This document shows positions 40,193 through 49,688 of a stretch of DNA of 64,000 bases, one piece after another; positions within the stretch are counted from its first letter, which is position 1; each line of letters opens with the position of its first letter. A program made the position numbers and the translations under genes. The notes under the pieces were generated by a model. That model had not been told where the DNA came from and did no database searches. It saw only the letters and a list, made by a program, of their open reading frames with translations. This DNA is from Nitrospirota bacterium (GTDB lineage Bacteria; Nitrospirota; Nitrospiria; Nitrospirales; Nitrospiraceae). Where the stretch lies: assembly GCA_963703955.1 (NCBI GenBank), contig CAVPGK010000001.1, forward strand, positions 1 through 64,000. The letters are read 5' to 3'.

Positions 40193-40639
40193 ATGTCGGC
40201 CATGGAAAACAATGAAATCCGGGCAACGCTTCCCCATCGGTACCCGTTTCTCCTCGTCGATCGAGTCCGAGAGCTCGAACCCGGCCGGCGGATCGTGGGG
40301 ATGAAGAATGTCACGTTCAACGAACCGTTTTTTCAGGGACACTTCCCGGATCGACCCATTATGCCCGGCGTCTTAATTCTGGAGGCCATGGCGCAAGTGG
40401 GCGGGGTGCTGGCCTTCAAGTCGATGCCCCCGTGCGGCAACCCCGTGGTTTATCTCACCGGAGTGGACAAGGCGAAATTTCGGAAACCCGTGGTGCCGGG
40501 CGATCAATTGCGGTTCGAGGTGGAAGTGCTCAAGCAGCGGCCTCCATTCTGGAAGATGCAGGGCAAAGCCTACGTGGAATCCGATCTGGTGTGCGAGGCG
40601 GAGATCACGGCGATGGTGACAGAGGAGAAAGCCGGGTAA
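40193..40639 (+). CDS. fabZ: 3-hydroxyacyl-ACP dehydratase
   Basis: LPHRYPFLLVDR, NEPFFQGHFP..PIMPGVLILEAMAQ. Confidence 0.97.
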   Translation: MSAMENNEIRATLPHRYPFLLVDRVRELEPGRRIVGMKNVTFNEPFFQGHFPDRPIMPGVLILEAMAQVGGVLAFKSMPPCGNPVVYLTGVDKAKFRKPVVPGDQLRFEVEVLKQRPPFWKMQGKAYVESDLVCEAEITAMVTEEKAG

Positions 40640-40700
40640 CATGAATCGTCGCCCCCACGGTCTGAGCATGAGGGTTCATCGGCGACGAAGGGGAGGGAAC

Positions 40701-41507
40701 GTGCAGATTCATCCGACGGCAATCGTGCATCCCAAGGCTGAGCTGGGCCAAGATGTGGTCATCGGTCCCTATTCGGTGGTCGGTGAACATGTCACCATCG
40801 GTCGCGGGACCCAGCTCATGTCCCATGTCAATGTCGACGGCTGGACGGAAATCGGAGAGCGATGTCAGATCTATCCCTATGCCTCCGTCGGAACCCCGCC
40901 ACAGCATCTACAGTATAAAGGCGAGCCCACTCAGGTGGTGATCGGAGACGACACGATCCTGCGCGAGTACGTGACGGTGAATCGCGGGACGTCGTTCGGA
41001 GGCGGCGTGACATCGATCGGCCATCATGGGTTCTTGATGGCATATGTGCATGTGGCACATGATTGCCGTCTCGGCACCCACCTCATCATGGCCAACGCCG
41101 CGACGCTGGCCGGCCATATCACAGTCGGAGATCATGCGATCATCGGCGGCCTGGTCGGCATCCATCAATACGTGCGCATCGGCTCGCATGTGATGATCGG
41201 CGGCTGTTCGGCGGTCGGGAGCGATGTGCCCCCGTTCATGCTCGCGGCAGGCGGCCATCGCGCTCGGCTCTATGGGTTGAATTCCATCGGTCTCAAGCGG
41301 CATGGGTTCTCCAATGAACGCATCTCCGTGCTCAAGCGCGCCTACGAGGTGCTGTTCCGGTCGGAACTGTTGATGGCCGAGGCGGTCAAGCGCGCGCAGG
41401 AAGAATTCAAAGAAAGCGCGGACGTGCTGGAGCTCATCGCCTTTTTCGAGGGCTCCAAGCGCGGCATTTGCCGGTCGGTCAGGCGGGACGTCGAGGACGA
41501 AGACTAG
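40701..41507 (+). CDS. lpxA: UDP-N-acetylglucosamine acyltransferase
   Basis: IHPTAIV hexapeptide repeats, REYVTVNRGT, HVAHDC, LAGH, HQY. Confidence 0.96.
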   Translation: MQIHPTAIVHPKAELGQDVVIGPYSVVGEHVTIGRGTQLMSHVNVDGWTEIGERCQIYPYASVGTPPQHLQYKGEPTQVVIGDDTILREYVTVNRGTSFGGGVTSIGHHGFLMAYVHVAHDCRLGTHLIMANAATLAGHITVGDHAIIGGLVGIHQYVRIGSHVMIGGCSAVGSDVPPFMLAAGGHRARLYGLNSIGLKRHGFSNERISVLKRAYEVLFRSELLMAEAVKRAQEEFKESADVLELIAFFEGSKRGICRSVRRDVEDED

Positions 41508-42365
41508 ATGCCCGGCGCGCGTACAGGGTCCGAGTCGGGCGCGAGCGGCGAGCGGATCGGCCTCATCGCCGGCAATGGCCGTTTTCCCATTATTTTTGCC
41601 GAGAATGCCCGGCGCCTGGGCTTCGCGGTCTCGGCCGTCGCGCACATCGGTGAGACAACTCCGGAGTTGGAGCAACACGTCGAGCGTATCCACTGGATTA
41701 AGGTCGGCCAGTTCAATAAATTGATCAAGGCCTTGAAAGGAGACGGGGTGCGTCAGGCGGTCATGCTCGGTGGCATCAAGAAAACTCATGTGTTCACCAC
41801 AGTGAGCCCGGACCTTCGTGCCCTTGCCATCTTCAGTCGGCTCCGGGAATGGAAGGACGACGCCATTCTCCGCGAGGTGGCGGCTGAATTGGAAAGCGAG
41901 GGCATTCGGATACGCGAATCCACGTTTGGGCTCAGAGGCATCCTGGTCGAGAAAGGAGCCGTTACCAAGCGCGCACCCGGGAAGAAGGAATGGGAAGACA
42001 TTCGGTTCGGATGGGCTGTGGCAAAGGAAATCGGCCGCCAGGACATCGGGCAATGTGTCGTGATCAAGGACAAGGTGGTCGTGGCGGTCGAAGCGGTGGA
42101 AGGGACGGATGAGGCCATCCGTCGAGGCGGCGCTCTGGCTCGCAACCGGGCGGTGGTCGTCAAACGGAGTAAACCACACCAGGATCTCCGATTCGATTTG
42201 CCCGCAGTAGGTCCCGCGACCATCGCGACCATGGAGTCGGTCAAGGCCTCGGTCTTGGCGGTCGAAGCCGACCGCACGGTGCTCCTGGACCGGGAGGAGA
42301 CGATCCGGAAAGCAGAACGTGCGGGGATCGTGATCGTGGGACTCACGGACAGTGATGAACGATGA
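41508..42365 (+). CDS. lpxI: UDP-2,3-diacylglucosamine hydrolase LpxI (DUF1009)
   Basis: GLIAGNGRFP, DIGQ, AVEAVEGTD, KPHQDLRFDLP.VG. Confidence 0.92.
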   Translation: MPGARTGSESGASGERIGLIAGNGRFPIIFAENARRLGFAVSAVAHIGETTPELEQHVERIHWIKVGQFNKLIKALKGDGVRQAVMLGGIKKTHVFTTVSPDLRALAIFSRLREWKDDAILREVAAELESEGIRIRESTFGLRGILVEKGAVTKRAPGKKEWEDIRFGWAVAKEIGRQDIGQCVVIKDKVVVAVEAVEGTDEAIRRGGALARNRAVVVKRSKPHQDLRFDLPAVGPATIATMESVKASVLAVEADRTVLLDREETIRKAERAGIVIVGLTDSDER

Positions 42366-42415
42366 ATAACACGCTGAGTCATTGGGAACGAGAATAAACC
42401 CCATCACTGATTCCT

Positions 42416-43366
42416 ATGAAACGAGTACGGGTCGGTGTCATCGGAGTCGGTCATCTGGGGCAACATCATGCCCGCCTCTATGCCGGGCTCCCGAGCGTCG
42501 CGCTCGTCGGGGTTTGCGATATCGACGGGAAACGGGCGCACTCGGTTGCCGAACGATACGGCACCACGGCCCATGAGGAGGCGTCGGCGCTGTTGCGTGA
42601 AGTCGATGCGGTGAGCATCGCTGTCCCGACGTCCGCGCACCATGCCGTGGTGAAAGCCTGCCTCGAGGCCGGCGTGCACGTCCTGGTCGAGAAGCCGATC
42701 ACCGTGACTCCGGAGGAAGCGTTTGACCTGGTCGAGGTGGCCAAGAAGGGGGGCCGCGTGCTTCAGGTCGGGCACATCGAACGTTTTAACCCCGCGATCC
42801 GATCCGTCCGTCCGCACATCGCCAAGCCGGCCTTCATCGAATGCCACCGTCTGAGCCCGTTCGGAGAACGGGGAACGGATGTGGATGTAGTACTCGACCT
42901 GATGATTCACGATCTGGACATGGTCCTGTCGTTTCATCCAGGATCTGTTGAAGAGGTCCGCGCCGCGGGTGTACCGGTTCTCTCGTCGACGATCGATATC
43001 GCCAACGCCCGCATTGCCTTCAGCGGCGGATGCGTGGCGAATATGACCGCGAGCAGGGTTTCCACCACGCGGATGCGCAAGCTGCGATTGTTTCAGCGGG
43101 ACGCGTATATCTCCGTGGATTATCAGGCGCGGCAGGGCGCGATTTTGCGGCGTCGGACCGGACGCGGAGGGCGACCTGAGATCGAGATTGAGCCGGTGCG
43201 CACCGTGGATGAAGAGCCGCTCAAGTTGGAACTGGAGGCATTTCTCCATGCGGCCGCCACGGGAACGCCGCCTCTTGTCACGGGAGAAGATGGTGCGGCG
43301 GCGCTGGAGCTCGCCCACCGTGTGTTGGAAGCGATCGGAATCTTCGTCCGGCGACACACGGAATAA
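42416..43366 (+). CDS. Gfo/Idh/MocA oxidoreductase, GnnA-like
   Basis: GVGHLGQHH, EKP, VGHIERFNP, DLMIHDLD, TASRVS; located between lpxA/lpxI and lpxB. Confidence 0.85.
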   Translation: MKRVRVGVIGVGHLGQHHARLYAGLPSVALVGVCDIDGKRAHSVAERYGTTAHEEASALLREVDAVSIAVPTSAHHAVVKACLEAGVHVLVEKPITVTPEEAFDLVEVAKKGGRVLQVGHIERFNPAIRSVRPHIAKPAFIECHRLSPFGERGTDVDVVLDLMIHDLDMVLSFHPGSVEEVRAAGVPVLSSTIDIANARIAFSGGCVANMTASRVSTTRMRKLRLFQRDAYISVDYQARQGAILRRRTGRGGRPEIEIEPVRTVDEEPLKLELEAFLHAAATGTPPLVTGEDGAAALELAHRVLEAIGIFVRRHTE

Positions 43367-43432
43367 GGACACGTACAAAGCAAAAAGGCAAGGGCACAAT
43401 GGTCTCCTCACTTTTACCTTTTGACTGGTAAG

Positions 43433-44563
43433 ATGCCACGCATTCTGCTCGTGACCGGCGAAGCCTCCGGAGACCTGCATGGCGCGAACCTCGCGCGGGA
43501 ACTGAAGATCCTCCGTCCGGATGTAGAATTGCTGGGAGTCGGGGGTTCGAAGATGGAGACAGCGGGTGTGACCCTGCTTCTCGGAATCGGGCGGCTGGAT
43601 ATGATCGGCTTCCCGGGCCCGGCTCAGCTCCGGATGGCCGTTCACAATTATTTGGTGATCACCCGTTTCCTTCGCGACACGCCCCTTGACGCTGTCGTCT
43701 TCATCGATCATCCCGGGCTGAATCTGCGATTGGCGCGTCGAGCCAAACGGGAGGGACATCGCGTCGTCTATTACATCGCTCCACAGGTCTGGGCGTGGCG
43801 ACCGGGTCGTATGCGTCTGATTTCCCGCGTCGTGGATCGGATGATTGTGATTCTTCCGTTTGAAGAGGCGCTGTTTCGAAACGCCGGCGTGCCGTGCGAC
43901 TTTGTCGGGCATCCGCTGCTGGATGCCGTGGCGCCGTCCTATGACCGGGCAGAACTTCGGAAGCGCTTCGGGTTGGAGGAAACGGCGTTGCTGTTGGGGC
44001 TTTTGCCGGGGAGCCGTGAACGGGAGGTCCGCTCCTTGCTGCCCACTCTGCTCGATGCCACGGCAGGTTTGACCCACCAGCATCCGGGCTTACAGCCGCT
44101 TGTCGCCCAGGCTGCTTCCATCAGAGACGGTCTCATCGAAGAACTCTCAGCCGGGAGCAGTGTGAAGCCGCGGATCATCAAAGACCAGCCGAACGAGGTG
44201 ATAGCCGTGTCCGATCTGCTGCTTGTCGCCTCAGGAACGGCGACACTGCAGGCTGCGGTCATCGGCACTCCTATGATCATCGCCTATCGTGTTAATTGGT
44301 TGACCTATTGGATTGCCCGAATGTTGATCCGGATCAAGTGCATCGGTCTCGTCAATATCGTGGCGGGTCATCCAATCGTCCCCGAATTAATCCAGAACGA
44401 CGTCACCGCTGAACGGCTCACGAAAGAGGCCACCCGCCTCCTGCGGGACAGCGCGGCCTCCCGCCAGATGCGGGAAGCCCTGCGCGCGGTTCGGGAATCA
44501 TTGGGATCCGCGGGGGCATCCAGGCGGGCAGCGACGGTTGTGCTGGCGGAGTGCCAGACATGA
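43433..44563 (+). CDS. lpxB: Lipid-A-disaccharide synthase
   Basis: GEASGDLHG, ID.PG.N, PQVWAWR, LPFE, VGHPL, LPGSR..E, SGTATL. Confidence 0.96.
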   Translation: MPRILLVTGEASGDLHGANLARELKILRPDVELLGVGGSKMETAGVTLLLGIGRLDMIGFPGPAQLRMAVHNYLVITRFLRDTPLDAVVFIDHPGLNLRLARRAKREGHRVVYYIAPQVWAWRPGRMRLISRVVDRMIVILPFEEALFRNAGVPCDFVGHPLLDAVAPSYDRAELRKRFGLEETALLLGLLPGSREREVRSLLPTLLDATAGLTHQHPGLQPLVAQAASIRDGLIEELSAGSSVKPRIIKDQPNEVIAVSDLLLVASGTATLQAAVIGTPMIIAYRVNWLTYWIARMLIRIKCIGLVNIVAGHPIVPELIQNDVTAERLTKEATRLLRDSAASRQMREALRAVRESLGSAGASRRAATVVLAECQT

Positions 44564-46299
44564 AGTTGTATGTGCGGCTCCTTCGCTATCTGTGGCGCTA
44601 CCGTGTTCGTCTGGTGGCCGCGTTCGTCTGTTCCGCATTGGTCGCGGGGCTCACCGGGGCCTACGCATGGCTGGTCAGGCCGGTGCTGGACGGCATCTTC
44701 ATCAGCAAGGACGAGGCTCTGTTGGTCCTGCTGCCGGTTGCGATTCTAGCGGTCGCTGTGCTCAAGGGCGCCTTCAGCTATGGGCAGAACTATCTGATGA
44801 ACTACGTGGGCAATCACGTCATCACCGATATCCGCCAAGAATTGTACCTGCAACTCATGCGACTGCCGGTCAGGTTTCACGATGCCAACACCTCAGGCCG
44901 TCTGGTGTCGCGCGTGATCAACGACGTGAACCTGATGGCCAACGCGGTCGCCGGGGTCTTGAAGGACCTGTTCCAACAGGGTTTGACCTTTCTCGCGATG
45001 GTGGGCGTGATCTTTTATCAGAGTTGGAAGCTGGCGGCCGTCTCCGCTATTGTGGTCCCGCTCTCATTCTTTACCATGGTTCAGATGGGGCAGCGCCTCC
45101 GGAAGCTCGCGACGCATGGGCAGGAGAAAATCGGCGACATGGCGTCTGCGCTTCAGGAGTCGCTTGCGGGTATCCGGATCGTGAAGGCGTTCGGGCGCGA
45201 AGAGGCCGAAGCCATGCGCTTTCGAAACAGCAATCAGGCCTTTCTTGGGGCGACGATGAAGTCGATCCAGGTCTCCTCCTTGGCCTCCTCGCACATGGAA
45301 ATCATTGGAGTGTTGGGTGTGGCGGCCATCATCTGGTACGGCGGCTGGCTCGTGATCCAAGGCGTCATGACGCCTGGCTCGTTCTTCTCATTTCTCGCGG
45401 CGATGTTCATGGCCTATACACCCATCCGTCGTCTCGCCGGTGCGAACAATACGATCCAGCAGGCTCTGTCTGCGGCCGAGCGAGTCTTTGGCATCTTGGA
45501 TATGGAAAGCGAGCAAGACCGGAGCGAGAGGCTCAAAGACCTACCCCCGCTCACCCGTTCGTTAGAGTTCCGGGGGGTGAGCTTTCAGTATGAGGGGAGC
45601 GATCTCCCGGCGCTCAACGGCGTCGATCTGTACGTCCGGGCGGGTGAAATGGTTGCGCTGGTCGGCAGCAGCGGGAGCGGCAAAACGACCATGGTCAGTC
45701 TCGTCCCGCGATTTTACGATGCGACCGAAGGCGTGATCCTCGTCGATGGCCAGGATGTTCGGGAGTGTACGCTTCGATCGCTCAGGGCCCAGATCGGCAT
45801 TGTCTCACAGGAAACGGTCCTGTTCGACGATATGGTAAAACATAATATCGCATACGGCCGGTCTGACGCGACGGCCGGTCAGATCGAAGAGGCGGCCAAG
45901 GCTGCCTATGCGCATGAATTCATCAAGCGACTGCCCGACGGGTACGAGACGGTCATCGGAGAAAACGGCGTGAAACTGTCTGGAGGAGAGCGCCAACGGT
46001 TGGCCATCGCACGAGCCATTCTACGGGACCCTCCCTTGCTCATTCTGGATGAGGCAACCTCCGCGCTGGACTCCGAGTCTGAACGGATCGTCCAGTTGGC
46101 CTTGTCCAATTTGATGAAGCATCGCACGACCCTGGTGATTGCGCATCGACTATCCACGGTGCAAAACGCTGACCGGATCGTGGTATTGGATCGAGGGCGC
46201 ATCGTGGAAATCGGCTCGCATGAAGACCTGCTCAGGCGGGGGGGGCCCTATAAGCGCCTGCATGCCATGCAGTTCCAGTCTGAGGATGTGGCGCCGTGA
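44560..46299 (+). CDS. msbA: Lipid A flippase MsbA
   Basis: ABC TMD + NBD (GSSGSGKT, LSGGERQR, DEATSALD) in the lipid A cluster. Confidence 0.92.
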   Translation: MKLYVRLLRYLWRYRVRLVAAFVCSALVAGLTGAYAWLVRPVLDGIFISKDEALLVLLPVAILAVAVLKGAFSYGQNYLMNYVGNHVITDIRQELYLQLMRLPVRFHDANTSGRLVSRVINDVNLMANAVAGVLKDLFQQGLTFLAMVGVIFYQSWKLAAVSAIVVPLSFFTMVQMGQRLRKLATHGQEKIGDMASALQESLAGIRIVKAFGREEAEAMRFRNSNQAFLGATMKSIQVSSLASSHMEIIGVLGVAAIIWYGGWLVIQGVMTPGSFFSFLAAMFMAYTPIRRLAGANNTIQQALSAAERVFGILDMESEQDRSERLKDLPPLTRSLEFRGVSFQYEGSDLPALNGVDLYVRAGEMVALVGSSGSGKTTMVSLVPRFYDATEGVILVDGQDVRECTLRSLRAQIGIVSQETVLFDDMVKHNIAYGRSDATAGQIEEAAKAAYAHEFIKRLPDGYETVIGENGVKLSGGERQRLAIARAILRDPPLLILDEATSALDSESERIVQLALSNLMKHRTTLVIAHRLSTVQNADRIVVLDRGRIVEIGSHEDLLRRGGPYKRLHAMQFQSEDVAP

Positions 46300-46388
46300 A
46301 CGCTTAGTCCGTATCGTCCGTTGGCCCGCTGCCCGAGTCAAGCACCCGACTGACAGACCGAACGAGCGGACCGCAACGCTTGTGAGAA

Positions 46389-47038
46389 ATGACCAACTGG
46401 CTGAAACAGGCGCTGATTCCCACGCTGGGAGCAGGAGTGATTCGGCTTCTTGGGCTGTCCATGCGGATTAGCATCCAAGGAGTGGAAGCCGTCGATGAAC
46501 TCTACAAACAGGGCAGACCGATCATCTTTGCGTTTTGGCATAGCCGCCAGTTGATGATGCCGCTCGCCTACCGAGGCAAGGGGGCGTACGTGCTCATCAG
46601 CCAGCACCGGGACGGAGAACTGATTCAACGAATCATCGCCCGGTTCGGTCTTCAATCGGTCAGAGGGTCAACAACTCGGGGAGGTGGTCCGGCATTCCGA
46701 CGCCTTATCGAGCTGGGGGGCGCCGGCCAGGACCTCGTCGTCACGCCTGACGGGCCCAAAGGTCCTCGCCAGGTGGCCAAGGAAGGTGTCATTCGACTGG
46801 CAAGGGCGACTCGTCTGCCGATCGTGCCGGTCACGTTCAGCTGCTCAAAAAAAAAGTCTTTGCGAGCTGGGATCGCTTTCAGATGCCCTATCCCTTTGGG
46901 CGAGGGTTGTTCTTGTGCGGACCGCCGATCTGGGTCTCGTCTGACGCCACCGATGCGGAGATGGAGGCGAAGCGGGTCGAGCTGGAGACATCGCTCAACC
47001 GGATCACCGCTGACGCGGATAAAGCGGTGACGTCGTAG
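46389..47038 (+). CDS. DUF374/LpxJ-like acyltransferase; needs a -1 shift at the A9G run 46847-46856
   Basis: FWH, ISQHRDGE, VRGS, TPDGPKGP; the -1 frame gives KKKVFASWDRFQMPYPFGRG...* (TAG 47036-47038). Confidence 0.85.
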
Positions 47039-47112
47039 CGATCAGCAATCAGCGTTCGGTTTTCTTGGACCGACTGCTGATGGCTGAATGCGACGTGTCG
47101 AGACCTTCTATC

Positions 47113-48495
47113 ATGTGGTATCTGATCTACAATGTCCTGCTGATCGCAGCCTCTCCGGTCATTCTTCTTATCTTGCTTGCCAAACGACGTTGCCGACGCG
47201 GTTTGCCCCAACGCATGGGGTTTCTTCCTCATGATTCCAGAGTCGACCACACGAAGCTGCCGGTTATCTGGGTGCATGCGGTTTCATTGGGCGAGGTAGT
47301 GGCCGCCGTTCCGCTCGTTCGGGAACTCCATGCGCGCGAGCCAGGCTATCGGATCGTCGTGACGACCGTCACCGAAACCGGACGTGAAGCCGTGGAGCAA
47401 CGTCTCGCTGGGGTCGCGGAACATCGGTACGCGCCGTTGGATTTTCCATGGGTCGTGGCCAAGGTGATCGGTCATCTTGAGCCGGCTCTGTTTCTTTTTG
47501 TCGAAACGGAGTTGTGGCCGAATCTCCTGCGTGCGCTCTCAAGACGCCGGGTGCCGTCGCTTCTCGTGAACGGACGGCTCTCGTCAAGCTCGTTTCGCGG
47601 CTATCGGATGATCCGTCCGCTAATCAGCCAGGCTCTCCAGACCGTGACCTATTGTTTGATGCAGTCGGATCGTGACGCGTCACGGATTAGGAGCCTTGGA
47701 GCTCCGGCCGAACGAGTGCTCCGAACCGGCAACATCAAATTCGATCAACCATTACCCGTCTCGACGGGTGATGCGACCCTATCGAAGGACGCCATACTTG
47801 CGGCGGATGAAGAATTAATCGTAGCGGGCAGCACGCATCCGGGTGAGGAGGAAGAGATCATCTCGTGTTATGAGCGGCTTCAACGTGACTTTCCGTCCCT
47901 CGTGCTCCTGTTGGCGCCACGGCACATTGAACGAGCGTTGCAGGTTGAGTCGACCATCAAGGCCCGAGGGTTACCCGCCGTCCGGCGAAGCGCGTTGGGC
48001 GTGACCGATCCGAAGAGCGGATCCGTTTCGGCCGGGAGAGACCGTCCGCGAGTGGTGCTGCTTGATACCCGCGGGGAGTTGGCGGCCGTCTATCGCCATG
48101 CGGCGCTGGCGTTTGTGGGTGGGACTCTGGTTCCGATCGGTGGACACAATCTGCTCGAGCCGGCCCTGTGGGGGATTCCGGTATTTTTCGGTCCCCACAC
48201 GGATCATTGCTTCGAGGTCGCGGAGCTTCTCCTGGGGGCGGGAGGCGGGCGGCGCGTGAATAATGGTCAGGAATTAGCGGCGGAAATGGCCGCTCTGCTC
48301 CACGATCGTCCTGTCCTAGAGCGCATGGGGGCCGCCGCCAGGGCGGTCGTGATGGAAAATCGGGGCGCGCTCGAGCAGACCCTTGCCACGATCGGACACG
48401 TTCTCCACCACCCCAATATGAGCGGATCGGCGCGTGATCATGGCGCTCCTGCCGCGCGGACCGCCAGGAGGACAATTGACTCATTGGTTCATTGA
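47113..48495 (+). CDS. waaA: Kdo transferase
   Basis: WVHAVSLGE, ETELWPN, GNIKFD, GSTH.GEE, APRH.ER, GGHNLLEP. Confidence 0.96.
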   Translation: MWYLIYNVLLIAASPVILLILLAKRRCRRGLPQRMGFLPHDSRVDHTKLPVIWVHAVSLGEVVAAVPLVRELHAREPGYRIVVTTVTETGREAVEQRLAGVAEHRYAPLDFPWVVAKVIGHLEPALFLFVETELWPNLLRALSRRRVPSLLVNGRLSSSSFRGYRMIRPLISQALQTVTYCLMQSDRDASRIRSLGAPAERVLRTGNIKFDQPLPVSTGDATLSKDAILAADEELIVAGSTHPGEEEEIISCYERLQRDFPSLVLLLAPRHIERALQVESTIKARGLPAVRRSALGVTDPKSGSVSAGRDRPRVVLLDTRGELAAVYRHAALAFVGGTLVPIGGHNLLEPALWGIPVFFGPHTDHCFEVAELLLGAGGGRRVNNGQELAAEMAALLHDRPVLERMGAAARAVVMENRGALEQTLATIGHVLHHPNMSGSARDHGAPAARTARRTIDSLVH

Positions 48496-48512
48496 ATCCG
48501 CGCACGTCACCA

Positions 48513-49580
48513 ATGAGTCATGACCTGATGGAACAGGGGAGCAAGGCGTGGATGCGAGGACCGCTTCACATCGCGGCGGTTCCTTACGGCCTTCTGATCC
48601 GGACCCGCAACCGGCTCTATGACTGGGGCTGGACACGTCAGTACACACTTCCCTGCCGAGTGGTGAGTGTCGGCAACTTGACGGTCGGCGGGACCGGCAA
48701 GACACCAGTGGTGATCTGGATCGCGGAATACCTCCTGGCGCGCGGTTTTCGAGTCGGTGTACTCAGTCGGGGGTACCGTCGCCACAGCGGGGTCCCGCAG
48801 CTCATGGTGTCCGACGGCCGAGCGCTTCTGGCCGACCCCATGGAGGCGGGAGACGAACCTTACTTGATTGCCGCGCGTTGTCGTCGCGCTGTGGTGGCAG
48901 TGGGAGCCGATCGCTATCGGCTCGGTCGATGGGTGCTGGAGCAATTTCCCCTGGATTACGTCCTCTTGGACGACGGGTTTCAGCATCGGTCCCTGAGGCG
49001 AGATGTGGACTTGCTGCTGGTGGACGCATCGGACGCCACCGGCCTTCACGCACTTCTGCCGGCGGGACGTCTCCGAGAGCCGCTCTCATCGGTGTCGAGA
49101 GCCTCCGCAATTATCCTGACACGAGCCGAGACGGATCATGATGTCGCAGCGATCCGCGCACTGCTCGGAGCAGCGGCCGGAGCCGACGTGATCTTGATCC
49201 GGACCCGGTTTGATGCGGATGGCTATGTGGAGGCGGGGAGTGGAGCCCTAAGAGGCCTGAAAGAGGCCGTCGGCAAGAGAGCCCTGATCTTCAGCGGAAT
49301 CGGCAACGCGGCGTCCTTTCGGCGTCTATTGATACGTCACGGCGTGAAGGTTGAGGAAGAGATCGTTTTCCCAGACCATCATGCGTACAGCAGGGCTGAC
49401 ATGGATCATGTGCGGAAGCGAGCCACCCGCTGTCGCGCGGACCTGCTAGTCACCACCGAGAAGGACGCCGTCAAGATTACCTCCTTTCTCGGTACGAAGG
49501 AACCTGTGTGGGCCGTGCGGCTTGGTACTGAGATCGTAGAGGGGCGCGAGCGTCTCGAAAAACTAATTCTGGAGGTATAG
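48513..49580 (+). CDS. lpxK: Tetraacyldisaccharide 4'-kinase
   Basis: [43 protein letters not shown]. Confidence 0.96.
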   Translation: MSHDLMEQGSKAWMRGPLHIAAVPYGLLIRTRNRLYDWGWTRQYTLPCRVVSVGNLTVGGTGKTPVVIWIAEYLLARGFRVGVLSRGYRRHSGVPQLMVSDGRALLADPMEAGDEPYLIAARCRRAVVAVGADRYRLGRWVLEQFPLDYVLLDDGFQHRSLRRDVDLLLVDASDATGLHALLPAGRLREPLSSVSRASAIILTRAETDHDVAAIRALLGAAAGADVILIRTRFDADGYVEAGSGALRGLKEAVGKRALIFSGIGNAASFRRLLIRHGVKVEEEIVFPDHHAYSRADMDHVRKRATRCRADLLVTTEKDAVKITSFLGTKEPVWAVRLGTEIVEGRERLEKLILEV

Positions 49581-49688
49581 GGACCAGTGGTAAAGGTCTA
49601 GAGGAGGGAGAGACTGCAACAAAAGCTAGGTGGCTACTCTTCCGCTTTTCCTTTTAGCCCTTCCCTCTTGTTCAGTATTCCGCAGACC

